NCBI RefSeq assembly: GCF_018350175.1
Contig: NC_058369.1
Span: 19,160,001-19,220,000, forward strand
Length of the DNA: 60,000 bases
Direction of reading: 5' to 3'
Source: Felis catus
Taxonomy: Eukaryota
Both the position numbers and the translations under genes were made by a program. The notes beneath the pieces are model-generated. The model was not told where the DNA came from, made no database searches, and saw only the letters and a list, made by a program, of their open reading frames with translations. Of this stretch, positions 1-25,851 are shown piece by piece (positions within the stretch are counted from its first letter, which is position 1; each line of letters opens with the position of its first letter).

Positions 1-3000
1 TATGGGGGTGGGGTGCCCTTCCCAGGAGGCATTATCTGGGCACACCATACTCTCTCCCCAAGGTCAAAGCTTATCCAGACTTGAGTTCTGACATCCACAG
101 AACCTTTGATTGTGCCCCAGCCCTCCCTCAGTAGTGCCATGGAGATGGGGGAGAGGTGACACTCCTGCTATCAGAGCTGGGCCTGGGATAAGTGGAGCAG
201 AGGGGAGGACAGGCCTGAGGACATGGCAAGGCCAGGTCAACACCGACCCCCACAACAGATGCCCCCTTGGACCCCCAGTTCCCCTTGGCCCAAGTCTCTG
301 CTCCTTAGTGGGGCTGGGGGCCAGGAGGATCTAGCCCTGCTGATGCTACAGGTGTCAGAGCAGGAAACCCAGGACTACTGGCCCACTTCCTGCTCTGTCC
401 CAGGCTTCTTGGAAGAATGAAGGCCTCCAGCTCCTTTGCCCTATGGCAGGTTAGAGAAGGGGGACAGGATACTAGTTTCACTTCTCACCCTATGTCTTGA
501 GGTGAGCACCACTCTCCTCTGGGCCTCAGTCTTCCCATCTGGAGTTGGGGTACAGGGCTGTCATGGGGACTTTTGTTTTAATTCTTTCCTACAATCTGAC
601 ATGAGTGAGATGAGCACTGCAGCCATGGACTGCTATGTCCACAGCCCTATACCCAGTTTACTCCGGGGACCTGGAAAAGTCATCCTTCTCCACCTCAGTT
701 TTCCTTTCTGTAAGCTGGGTTTAGATGGATGATTCAGGGTTTAACTCTGCTCCTGAGTTGGGGGTGGGGTGGAGACAGGCTAGAGTTAGGGGAAGGCTGG
801 GGCTGAGTCAACAGGAAGCCCCTTCCTGCCCCATGGCCTTCTCTGCTCCTCACCCAGCACTAGGAAATGGTATAGCCGGGATGTCCTCCAAGAGATGGTG
901 ACATCTGGGAGCCAGCTTGCATGGGGAAAGAACTTGGGACCACATCCCATTCTCCTGTCCCCACCAAGGCAGAGACACCCCATGAAAGATGGTGGGGGGG
1001 AAGTCCCAAGAAATACTCTGCTGTCAGCATTTCCCGGAATTCGAAGCAAGACCCTTACCTTCAGGGATCACCTTGAGTGTCAGTATTAGGAGGGCTCAAG
1101 AGATGGTCTAGATAGGAAAATGAGGACAGAGTGCCTTGACTGGGGTCATGAAGCCCACGCCAAAGTCAAAGATTCCTGACCTTTGGTCCCACCTCTTTCC
1201 CACCCCACATGGCCTCATGGGGGCTCCCCCTCAAAGTTTCCACAGTGACCAAAACATCATGTCCTGTGACAACAGAGCCATTGACGTCATATCCCATGGC
1301 CACTGGGAGGGGTCCCTGGGGTCCTGAGTCACATGCTCTGTTGACGGAGGGAGAGTTACCTTCAGGCCTTGCCCTCCCAGTGGGTAGTGCTCACCACCAG
1401 GACTGGCTTTGCCTGGGCCTGCATCTCCTTTAGCCCCAAGGACCATGGACCTGGGTGGGAATCCTATCCCTATGCGCTTGGTCCTGTCACTTCTCTTCTC
1501 TGTCCCTTGCTGTGCTCATCTGTAAATCAGATGTTGTCAGCTCAGGGTTTTGCACATAATAGGTGCTTGATGAGTAAATGGGAGGCTCCCTCCAGCCCCA
1601 CCTCCACCCAGGGGTTAGGGAGCAGGGACTGCAGGTTTAGGAGGAAGGATGTCAGATCACAGGGAGTCTCCTGCTCCCCATGTAGGTCTGCTGAATGAAT
1701 GGTCTCTCCCCTGCCTTTTTCACAGAAGGGGATGGAGCCTGGAGTGCTGGGGCTCTGAGTTGTGGAGGGTTACTTGGACTTGGGGCTTGGGTACTGGATC
1801 ACAGAAGGGGGTTCCAAATTACAGAGACCCAAGACTGGGCAGGGATGGAGGGTAGATGTCCCTGGGGCTAGGTATTTGGAGCTTACTCTACCCTAGGTAG
1901 GGAAAAGTAGGTACACACTTGAACCCCTGCCTCCCTCTCCTCCATTGCCCCCCAAATGCCCCCTAACCCAGTAGAACGGGTAAGGGTACAACAAAGACCG
2001 TGCCCCCAGCCAGGGTATAAATAACCCCTGGCGGGCTGTCCCAGCCTGGGGGGGCTCCGCTGGCAGCCCCACTTCCTCTCTGGCTGCTTCCTGGCCCTGG
2101 GGGTGGGGGAGTGTTTACTTTCCTGTTGTCACTATGGCTGGGTGGCCAGGCAGGGGACTCCAAGTGGCCCAACAACAGGTGCAGGACAGGTGCCCAGGCT
2201 GCCCTGCCTAGGACTTCAGAGGCACCGCCGGACAGGCGGGTGAAGCCGTAGCCAGGCAGGGATCGGCCCTTTGATCCCTTGGCGTCCCTGCGTCCCAGCG
2301 GTTGGCCAAGGTCATCACCTGTATTCTCTCATTGCCACATAGAGCCGGGCAGGGCAAGGCCTTTGCTTGCCCCCCCCCCCCAGTCCCTCAGATGTAATTC
2401 TGGGTCTGCTGTGGGAGTCCCCTGGCTCCCAGCCCACTTCCCACGCCCATCTCAGCACATCCTGGAGCTCCCGTCTGAAGCTGCTCTCAGGCACAGCCCC
2501 TCCAGCTCCACTTCAGGGTCCTAGCACACAGCAAGGGTCATGGTCAGCCAGCCAGTCAGAGACAGCTGCCTGAGTCAAGGTCGACTTTGACTGATGGGAT
2601 GAGGCCACCTGCTGGTCCCATCTTCAGATGGCATCTAGGGCCTCGGATCTCAGCTGTTCTCCCTTTCCAGAACTCCCCCTTGATTGCCTCACCTAGGAAA
2701 TGGGTTACCAGCTGTGATGTGAGAAGATAGTATATGTATGATCGCCTTCATGAGTGCCTCATCTGGTGCAGGACATGTGTGTGCACACGTGCGTGCCTGG
2801 GCCACGTGCACACATGCATGTGCTCTTTCTGTGTGCCGCCATCTCAAGCCTCCTGTGCTGGTGAATATTCGTCACCTTCACTATAATCTTTCCTCTCCTG
2901 CTGAGCTAAAAATAGCTGGGAGTGGGTGGAGGAGGGGCTTGACAAGAAGACCCCTTGGCTCTCCCCATCCCAGAGGAAGGTTCCCAAGTTTTCTAGAGTC

Positions 3001-3851
3001 CTGTGTTTGTCATTGGCCTGTCACTGGCCAAGTTCCTTCCTGTCCTTCATCCCTAGAAATGAGGACTTTCCCCCAGCAGTCTGGGGATGGGAGGGCCACG
3101 GCTGCCAGACTCATGCAGAAGAGAAATGAAGGACTCAACGGGACCCTGCCCCCAGGCTTGGGACACTAGTGCTAGGGGGAGGGCTTCTTTCCCAGGAAAG
3201 ACTATTCCTGGCTGGTTCAAAGTGGCCTGAAAATTCCACCTGCAGCAGCCCAGTGGGATCTGGGGGAAGCCCAAGTTCTGTTGGACAGTATAGCTCCAGC
3301 AGGGCTTTTCAGTGTCCTGGCTAACCAGCTTCAGACAAGGTGGGGACCATGGTGTGTGTCAGCTTGGCCTTCTGTCTGGTGGGCAGCTGGGGTGAGGACA
3401 GGGCATCCCAATCTGTGCCAGAGTCTGCAGGCTGTCCTGGATGCACCTGCCCCCCACCCCCAACGCCCCCAGCTCGTTAACCCTTTTAGGCCCCTGTGGA
3501 AAGCAGGCCCCACCCTGAGTGTGGGAGCATTAACCCCCAGCTGAGCAAAGACTCTTTGATGCTATCACGTGCCCTGGTCCACGCCCACTGGCTTTCATTG
3601 GGACCCAGAGACTGGCTGGGACTGCCCATGAGTCAGGGCTTTAGCTCTGGGTGTGGCTCTTTCGCTGGCCTGCCCACCTGTCCCACTTTCTCCTCTCAGC
3701 ATCTCAGGGACTAGAGAGGGAGCTCCGTAAGCTCTAGAGGGGAAGCTAGGGGTTTAAGACGATTGTGTGGTAGGGGTCCCCCCCCCATCAAAGGGGACAT
3801 GTCTGGCTGGTCCCCAAGGATCCTAACTGCTGCCCTGACCTCCACCCACAG

Positions 3852-14133
<10,282 letters not shown>

Positions 14134-15060
14134 GGCCAGCTGTCTGAGCCCTGAAATGGGCCAGCCTAGGCCTTGTCCCTTTTAATATAAAAGATATATA
14201 TATATATATATAAAATATCTATATTCTATACACACCCTGCCCCTGCAAAGACAGTATTTATTGGTGGGTTGTATATAGCCTGCCTCAGCGGCAGCACCGT
14301 CCAAAACTTAGACCCATGCTGGTCACAGACGGCAGGAAACAGAGCCCACTTAACCAGGCCCAGCCAGTTGGCAGGGCCAGGCCAGGACCACACAGTCCCC
14401 AGACTCAGCTGGGAGTCTACATGCTCAACAGCCATCGCCGGGATCTACAGGACACAAGGAGGGAGCAAGCTCTACCCGGACAGGGAACAGACTGCACACC
14501 TTTGCCAGTGTGTGCTATCAGCCTGTGCCACTGGCATAGACGTGGATTCGAGGACTGCTTTGGAGACTGGGAGCGGGGGTGGGGGGCTCAGATGCACTCA
14601 GAGAAGGGAAGAAGGGGCCGACACAGGAGGCCGGCCCCTGCCTGGGAGGGAGCACTCAGTCAAGGCCAGCCCCTTCCCGGGTATTTATTCTCTATTTATT
14701 GGGGACAGGAGCAGAGGAGCCCTGCCTGGGTGGGGTGCGCTTCCAGCCCCTCCTTCCCTCCCTGCCTGACCACTCTACCTCCTCTTCCCTTTTTCTGGGC
14801 CACTGTGACTTGGGGGCTGGGAGAATAGCAGAGGGGCAGGTTCAGGTAGGGTCAAGGGGAGAGGGGGCTATGGTGGAGGCCTGGGGCCTTCAGGGGCTCC
14901 CCAGGGCTCCCTTCTGCCCACCACTTCAGATGATGGGTGTAAATAGCTCTGGGGGGCTTCGGGGTAGGTGGGTAGGGGCTCCTGGTGGCCCTCGGCTGCC
15001 CAGGCCACAGCCGCCTTTGCGTTCCATCTTGCTAATAAACACTGGCTCTGGGACTGGACT
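14134..15060 (+). other. SEMA3F: SEMA3F 3' UTR with poly(A) signal AATAAA at 15034-15039; (TA)n tract ~14183-14230
   Basis: Follows the stop codon. AATAAA is followed by GT/T-rich sequence. The cleavage site is approximate. Confidence 0.75.
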
Positions 15061-16012
15061 TTGGCTTTTCTCCTTGGCGGGGGAGGGAGGATGGGGGTTC
15101 AGCCCATGCCCAGATCCTGTCCTTCCTGCCCCCCTTTATGTGGTCTGACCATCATTCCCACACCTCTCTTGCAAGCTCAGCTTCCATTCGTTTGTTCACA
15201 GGTTTGACCGTTTGTTCAACACTGCTTTCTTACCTGCCTTTGAGGTGGGCTTTGTGCCAGGCTCTAAGGGCTAAGAATTGGCAAGACAAAGCCACAGCCC
15301 TCACAGTCTGGCTGCCCCTGCCCTGAGAATTGACAAAATTCCCATCCTTCCTGCTTCCTTCCAGCCAGCTCTCAGCAGAGGGCCTGGCATGAGCAAATGT
15401 CCAGAGGTGGTGAAGACCAGGACAGGTGGGGTGCCTCTGGAGAGGAGGAAGTGGGGCCAGGGGCCCTGGGCCAAATTGAATGAGTCAAGACCTGGCAGGG
15501 GAAGCTAAGAGCTGGGAAGGCCCATGGGTCCAGCAGGGCTTACAGGCATACCTGGCAGGCAAGGGGAGTCAGGTGGGGACTGGGAGGCAGCGAATGGCCC
15601 CACTTTAAATAAACCCAATAGGCAGAAACCAGATTTGTGCTGGTTCAACAAACCTGGGCTCCTGCACTGCCCCAAATCCCTGCCAGAGCCCACTTACAAT
15701 GTGGCGGGTAGGAGATGGGTAGAAGCTGGAAGCTGAAAGTGGCACAGATAATCGGTTGTTCCTGGACAGACCCCACCCACCCACCCCATAGAGTAGATGT
15801 GAAGCCATCAGCCTCTGGTAGGAGCCAGTATCCATTTCCCACATGTTTAGGGACAGTCTCTAACACTCAGGATCTGAGGCCCTGGCACCCCCTCGTGGTC
15901 TCTTGGGTCTGCAGCAGAGTTGAGTACTGAAAGGCAGCTAGGTGTCCCAGAGGAGTCCAGCCAGGAGGCTCAGGGTCTCTGGAGGGAGCCTTGAGAGCCC
16001 AGGGTTTGGGTC

Positions 16013-16015
<3 letters not shown>

Positions 16016-16043
<28 letters not shown>

Positions 16044-16233
16044 TTTTTGGGACAGAGAGAGACAGAGCATGAACAGGGGAGGGGCAGAGAGAGAGGGAGA
16101 CACAGAATTGGAAACAGGCTCCAGGCTCCGAGCCATCAGCCCAGAGCCTGACGCGGGGCTCAAACTCACGGACCGCGAGATCGTGACCTGGCTGAAGTCG
16201 GACGCTTAACCGACTGCGCCACCCAGGCGCCCC
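16016..16233 (-). mobile_element. Young felid Can-SINE (SINEC_Fc-like) with 13-bp TSD
   Basis: Poly-T, (GA)n, body ending ...gccacccaggcgcccc. TSD ggtttgggtcttt at 16003-16015 and 16234-16246. Confidence 0.95.
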
Positions 16234-16579
16234 GGTTTGGGTCTTTATATAGGAGGTGGGAAATCTCCAGAGCCTGGGAACTCAACACGTTAGGCTCAGT
16301 TGAACCTCTTCCACCTAGCAGTACTTCTTGTGCCATCTGAACCTGAATACAGAATCTAGGCCCCCTAAGCTGAGGCAGGCATGCCCTACAGATGCCCTTA
16401 GGCAAATCCTAGAACACACACAAGGAACAGATCAGGAGAAGGATGGGAGATGAGTTCCACTCCTCCTTGCCCCTGGGAGCACCAGACCTGCTCTGGGAAT
16501 AGCAGACATGTGACAATAGGCCTGCAAAACATTCTCTGGAAGAGCCCGGCCATCTCTACAAGTCAGGGATCTTGTTGCA

Positions 16580-17015
16580 GTCAAATACACATGTACACAT
16601 AGGCACAGGCACATGCAAGTATGCACACATACACATGTAGAAATGCACATGTGCACAGGCACGTGCTTACATAAGCACAGGCAAAAATAGGCATGTGCAT
16701 GCTAATGCATGCACTGCTCATGTAAAAGCATCCATACATCCATACACAAATACACAAATGCACATGTTAATCCACGTAAGCACAGCAAAGTACACATAGA
16801 AGCACATGTGCACATAAGGAAACACAAATAAAACCATGTCTACACACATGCACACACGTACAAAGGCATGCGTAGGCAGACATGTACTCAATGGCACAAA
16901 CAGGCACGTGTACACACAAGTATACATACGGACAAATGTGTCATGTCATTGCTTTGGTTGATGCCAGCAAAGGATAGCCGCACACACACCCAGGCACACA
17001 CGGTGGACATGTACG
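16580..17015. repeat. Degenerate (CA/TG)-rich alternating purine-pyrimidine region
   Basis: Repeated cacatg, acacac and gcatgt words over ~430 bp. Confidence 0.8.
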
Positions 17016-17149
17016 CCCCCACCCCAAGTCTGTTGGAATCATGGAGTTATGTAGAGGCCCTGCCCAGGTGAGATCCAGCCGTCAGTACCAGGCAAATGCA
17101 ATTCCCTGCTTTCCTTCTTGACTCTCTGCAGAGCATGGAACCCTGGTCT

Positions 17150-17285
17150 GGAGTCACCCAGCCCTTCTCAACCACTTCCTTCTATGTGACCGTCTGAGCC
17201 TCTACTTCGTCATCAGTAAAATGGGGCTGATGATGTAGGTACCCATTCACCGGGGACCATGTGAGCTTACAAAATAAGGAGCAGC
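17150..17285 (+). mobile_element. MIR relic
   Basis: tatgtgacc...tctgagcctctacttcgtcatcagtaaaatggggctgatgat. Confidence 0.55.
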
Positions 17286-17529
17286 ACTGAGTCCAGGGCT
17301 GGGCAGGGGCAGGTGCTCCATGCTTGCTTCTCCCTCTACTCCCTGTTGCCAGCCCCACCCCAACTGTCCCCACCCTAGGGACTCAAGGTCCTATTCTCCC
17401 CCTTCTAAGCTTGCACCCTATGGAACACAACTCCCTGCTCTGGCTCACGGGCTGGACTGTCCCCAGGATCTCTCTTAGAGGGTTGGGGCAGGAAGAGAGG
17501 GGTGCAGAGTCAGCAGTTGAGAGATTGGG

Positions 17530-17795
17530 GCCATGCCATCCTGATTAGAAGGGCTGGGGGCTGAGCTGGATTCACCTGTCCTTGTCTCTCATTGGCTCTT
17601 GGGAACCCCTGGCCCCTAAATCCCACTAAGCAGCCCCACCAGGGCCTGCACAGGTCTGTGGGGGGGCCAGTTGATTGCCAGTCTTGGGGCCAGAAGGGTG
17701 TCTGAGGAGGCCTGAGGCTGGCCTGAGCCTGGCTCTGGGGATCCCCTCCATCTAGAGGAACCAACTAACCACCCTGTTCACCTGCTGCCGGGACC
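17530..17795 (+). promoter_or_regulatory. GNAT1 proximal promoter / 5' UTR with CRX-type homeodomain sites
   Basis: CTGATTAG at 17541-17548 and TAAATCCC near 17617, immediately upstream of the GNAT1 ATG. Confidence 0.6.
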
Positions 17796-20992
<3,197 letters not shown>

Positions 20993-21377
20993 GGTGGGTT
21001 CCTGGCGGTCTGGGATGCTCCCCTGTCTTGCCCCTTGGTCTCAATACCTTATTACATGGCCTCCCCAGCTCCTCACCCCACCTCACTACAACAGGTCCCA
21101 CTGCAGGCCATCAGGTCCTGCCCCATCTCTCCAGACCCATTCCACTGCCTGCTTCTGGCCCCCAATTCCCAGGCCCCATCCAGGCCCCTCAGGTTCCACC
21201 CCACTGCCCACAGCCCGTGCCCCTGGTGCATAAGTCCCACCCACCTAATCTCTTTTGACCCGACCCCAATCCCCCAGGGGTCACTGCTTACAAGCCCACC
21301 TCCACAGTGCCTCTCAGCCTAAGACCAATTATTTTGGAGCTCTGGGATGTTGACTGGCATCCTTTTTCTGTTCACAG

Positions 21378-22660
21378 GTGCTTGAACTCACGTGTGTCCC
21401 TGACACCCGGTAGCCCTAGCCACCTCGTAGCCCTAGCACACAAGAGCCTCTCAGCCCCCCAGGACTCCTGGGCCCCAGCGTGAGGCCCCACCAGCCACGC
21501 CACAGATCCAAAGCCCCGAGCCCCACCAGCCTTGAGGCCCCAGCCCTCCCCCGTGGTTCCCAGGTCTCCCAGAGCCAGGTACCCCCAACCCGACTGCTGC
21601 CCTTCACGGCCTGGCTGCGCTGGCCTCCAGGACCCATCCCAGCCAGCCCCAGCTAGGAGCAGGCAGGACTTGGGGCAGCTAGAGCTCACAGTGACTCAGC
21701 ATGCCCAACTGACCAATCTCTTACAGGTCTCTCCGCAGGGGGCCCATGACTCACCTGGTGGGTCTGGGCTCGGCAAACAGCCCTCCCTCCCAGTTTCCTG
21801 AAGAGCAGGGGGGGCAGGCAGGGATCCCTCCTCCAAGCAGGCCTGCTGCTGACCATCAGCCCATTCCAGCCTTACCACCTCCATGTGACAAATCTGACAC
21901 CTGTCTCTACCCGGTGGCCAGTGACTGTCCCTCTCAGTAGCTTCAGGAGTCCAAAGTCCAAGTCAGTCTGGCCTGTGCAGCTCCTGCATAGATGAATTAA
22001 TGAGTGGAGGCAGGCCTGGGAGACCATGGGCGCCAGGAAGAGACTCAAGCTGTACCCTTCCCCATACAGCAGGCTCAGAGTACCCCCTAGACCCTCCACC
22101 CACAGGCTCTGCCCCCTTTGTCCTTGTCCTTGGACACCAGATCCATGTCCTACCTCACCACCACCCCGCCCACAGTACTCCAGGCCAGCCGGCCAAGGGG
22201 ACGGTGTTTTGAGGGAGGGTACTGTTGACACCAGCTGTGGCCAATGGTCAAACTGTCCTGAGGGGTGGCTGGGGGCAGAGTCCGGCTCCTATCGATCAGC
22301 CCCAGGCTGGGACATGACTGAGGCCCAGGTTGGGCCCAAGAGGGGTCTACCTCAGGTGGGGTCATAAGTAAACCCAGGTAACCCTCTTGTCCCTCTCACC
22401 CTTTCCATTCAGGGTCCATTTGCTGGCAGGAAAAACTGAGGGCCATGCCTGAATTTTGTTAGGGACAAAGGCCCAAGTCCCTATATCCCTGCCCCCTACT
22501 TCCTCATCAAGCCTCGAGTCCTTGCTGATGCCTGTGGGCCAGGACCTATGCTGCAGTGGGGGATGGGGGGTTTCTGTCTCGCAAGGCCAGAGCACGATCC
22601 ACACTCCCCTCAGATAGATGCACAGACTCAGCAATAAACCTTTGCATCAGGCCCCAGCTG
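21378..22660 (+). other. GNAT1: GNAT1 non-coding terminal exon (3' UTR), poly(A) signal AATAAA at 22633-22638
   Basis: Donor TGAG|GTGGGT 1 nt after the stop; acceptor cctttttctgttcacag|G at 21377; downstream AATAAA. Confidence 0.7.
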
Positions 22661-23103
22661 TCCTTTCTTGTGGGGAAGGGAAGAGCATTAATTATCATGA
22701 GTTACGGGCACTTACTAAGTGTCCAGTGTTGGGCTGGACATGAATGGGAAGATCATCCCTTCCAGGGAGAAGCACCTGGCCGGACGTGGCAGGAGCACTC
22801 TTGGGGGCATGGGACTAACCTGTGCCTCTTGAGAGGGGCTGAAGGAAAAAGGAGCCCTGGGAACTGTTCACAGGAACAATCTTGGATCAAGAAGTTCTGG
22901 GGTAGAAGCTTATTCTGGCAGGGAGAGTAGGGTGTATAAGGCCCAGAAAGAGGGGCTTGGGGGCCATAGTTCAATAGGGCAGGAATAGGCAAAGGGGACA
23001 CGGGGTGGGGAGACAATAGGCAGGTGCCAAGTGCCAGCCTGAGGGCCTAGGCTTCCTCCAGAAGATGATGGGTCTTGGAAGCCCTTGAAGCTAGGACATA
23101 ATA

Positions 23104-23590
23104 GCAGGGCTGGGATTGGGGTGAGGCAAAAGAGGTACTCACCTTTGGGTGCAAAATTTAAGGTGGTGCCAAAAAGTTCAGTGATCAAGATAAGTAATAT
23201 TTTGATGCAATACGTTTTAAATTCAAAATCACTGCAAAAAAAAAAAAAACCCTCATGATAAACAAAACATCAAAATTTTAAATAAAGACAAGACTCAAGA
23301 GACCTCTGCCGAGCCATATTGGAACCTGAAGCAAAAGGAAAATGTCCACTCCTATGTATGTTTTTGTGTGTTTTTAATGGTAAAATTTTTATGGAACATT
23401 AAAATAGTTGAAAAAAATTGAAAGTAGGTACATTAAAACTCCACATTATTTTAAGCTTAACTATTTTATCTATATCTAAGACAATTTATAATCTTATTTT
23501 CCTGGATTTAATGGAAATAAATCATCAATAATATTTTACAACTCTATTTCTGGAAAAAATAATCATTAAAATTTTTCGGGAAAGCAGGTA
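23104..23590. mobile_element. Old AT-rich DNA transposon fragment (hAT-like; family uncertain)
   Basis: Starts with a TIR-like cagggctgggattggggtgaggc...gggtgcaaaatttaagg, followed by an abrupt AT-rich block in a GC-rich context. Confidence 0.55.
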
Positions 23591-25640
23591 TGTAGGGACA
23601 CACATTTTTCCTGGAGGCCAGTATGAGAGGACATGGGGAGGACAGCAGTGGGGCTGGAGGATCTGTGAGGAAGAGACATGTCCTCATCACTCCATGGGGC
23701 CAGGATCTGCAGATGGGGCTCAGCCACAATGGTCTGGATCTGTGCTATTTGACCAAGTGCATGTGATGCCCCCAGCAAGCTGGTGGGACTGCAGGAGTGT
23801 TGAATGGACTGAGTTTTCCAGACCTGTGGCCACCTGGGGGAGGAGATGTCCAGGAGGCAGACATACCTGGGGCTGGGCAGAAGATGTGGGCAGCATCTTC
23901 AATGTCCAGGTGGAGGATGCTGTGATCCGGAAGTGAGCTGGGGACAGGGGAAGTAAGGGTGCCTAGGCCTGAGCACAGGGTGGTGGTGGTGGGGGACACT
24001 GGATGGATTAAGGAGTTCAGCCACGCTGGTGCTGTTTGGAGGTTTGAGAGGAGGATGGGGCTTGGGCCAGTGGTTTATGGCCCTCACTGGGTGGTCTTAG
24101 GCCTGGATGAACCCTGGCTGCTCATTTGCACTAAGGACACTTTGATTGAGCAGTTGACTGGAGTGAGGTGGGGCAGGGGAGTAACCCCGGGATTTAGTGG
24201 GGAGAAGCAAGGCAGAAGACAGGAGGCTTTGAGGAGCTGGAAGTGGAAGTGGTAGGCTTGGGAGGGAGGAAGCTGTCAGGAGAGGTGGGCTAATGGGGTC
24301 TTCCACATAGTCACCTTGTCTTGGAAGAAAAACAACGAGCTCCCAGCCTTCTTGGGCAAGGGGCAGAGAAAAGCCCGAACACCAGGCAGGGGCTGGACCC
24401 CACCTTCTAGGGGGTCCCCTCCACATGTAACTCTGACCCCAGGGTCTGGGATTCAGGACTGGCATTCCTGGATCCCATGGACTGGGGACACTGCCTGGCC
24501 TCACGTTGCCCTGCCCATGGCCACAAGTATGCTGGGGGAGGGGGAGCTGAGTCTCTCAGCTCAAAGCCTCCTCGGCCCCACTCACCACACCAGTGTAATT
24601 ACACCTTACAGAGTAGGATCAATGGGAGCCCATGCCTGATTCACAGTTGAGGGCAGAGGATCAGAGCTGGCCCAAAGCCAGCACAGTGGCCACTCCCTAG
24701 TCTTGTAGGTAGGGGTCATTTACCCTGGGCTCCTTCAGTCATCACCATCCCTGCCTGACCTGCAACCTCAAGGTGCCCCTGAGGGCCTTCACGGTCTTCA
24801 ACTCTGGCTCTGGCGGGACTAACCTGGCCCGTCCACTGACCAGAGATTAGACAAGCCTAGTGCACGGTTAATGCCGCTGACGTCAGGGCCTGGTCGGGTG
24901 GCCACGGGGGCTTGGGCCCTCCCCACAAGCAGTAGCATAGCCCATGTGACCTGGGCTCATTAAGCCGCTTCAGTGGCCAGAGAAGCTGGGGGCCAGATCT
25001 CAAGGGAGAGGGAGAGGGCACGGCAGGACTGTGGGAGCGGGCCTCAGCCAAGAGGTCATCGGCTCTGAGGACCCAAGCCGGGGGAGGGCTAGACAGGACT
25101 GTCTGCCTGTGGGTCCCTCTATAATTCCACACCCTGTATTACACCAACTAAACCCCTGCTTGTGCCCAAAGAGGAGCCTCCCAGACACCAAACTGGGCAG
25201 GGCATAGTGAGGAGCTATGGGTGTGGGCCCTCAATCCTGGGTTGTGGAGGTGAGAACCATCCTCTCCTATGAGGCCTTGAAGCCCCCCACATGACTCCAG
25301 GCCAAGTGTCCTGCCCCTGTACACAACCCTCCACCCATCGGTGCTAATCCCACAATCATACTTGCATTTCTCTGTAGCCAGGCTCTTTCCTCCATCCAGA
25401 TGCCCTTTCTCTTCCCCACCCTGGCATGTGCCCTTCCCCTTGGCAGAGCCAAGCCCACGGGTTGCTTCTCCATCAGACTTTTCCTGATTCATGCCCTCCA
25501 ACCTGGCTGGAGCTTTCCTGTCTAGACAACCCAGAGAGGGCACTTAGAGACATTGAGGCTGTGTGATAGGATGGCAAGAGTGGCGACATTAAGTACAGAA
25601 AGAGCTGGCCAGGGTATTCAGAGGCCTTCTCCTCCTCCTT

Positions 25641-25851
25641 CTTTTTAATGTTTATCCATTTACTTTTGAGAAAGAGAGAAAGAGAGAGCTCAAGTGGAGG
25701 AGGGAGAGAGAGGGAGACACAGAATCCGAAGCAGGCTCCAGGCTCTGAGCTGTCAGCACAGAGCCCGACGCGGGGCTCGAACTCACGAACCTTGAGATTA
25801 TGACCTGAGTCGAAGTCGGACACTTAACCAATTGAGCCACCCAGGTGCCCC
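25641..25851 (-). mobile_element. Can-SINE
   Basis: T-rich tail, GA-rich linker, acagaatccgaagcaggctccaggctctgagc...gagccacccaggtgcccc. Flank tcagaggcc is duplicated on both sides. Confidence 0.93.
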
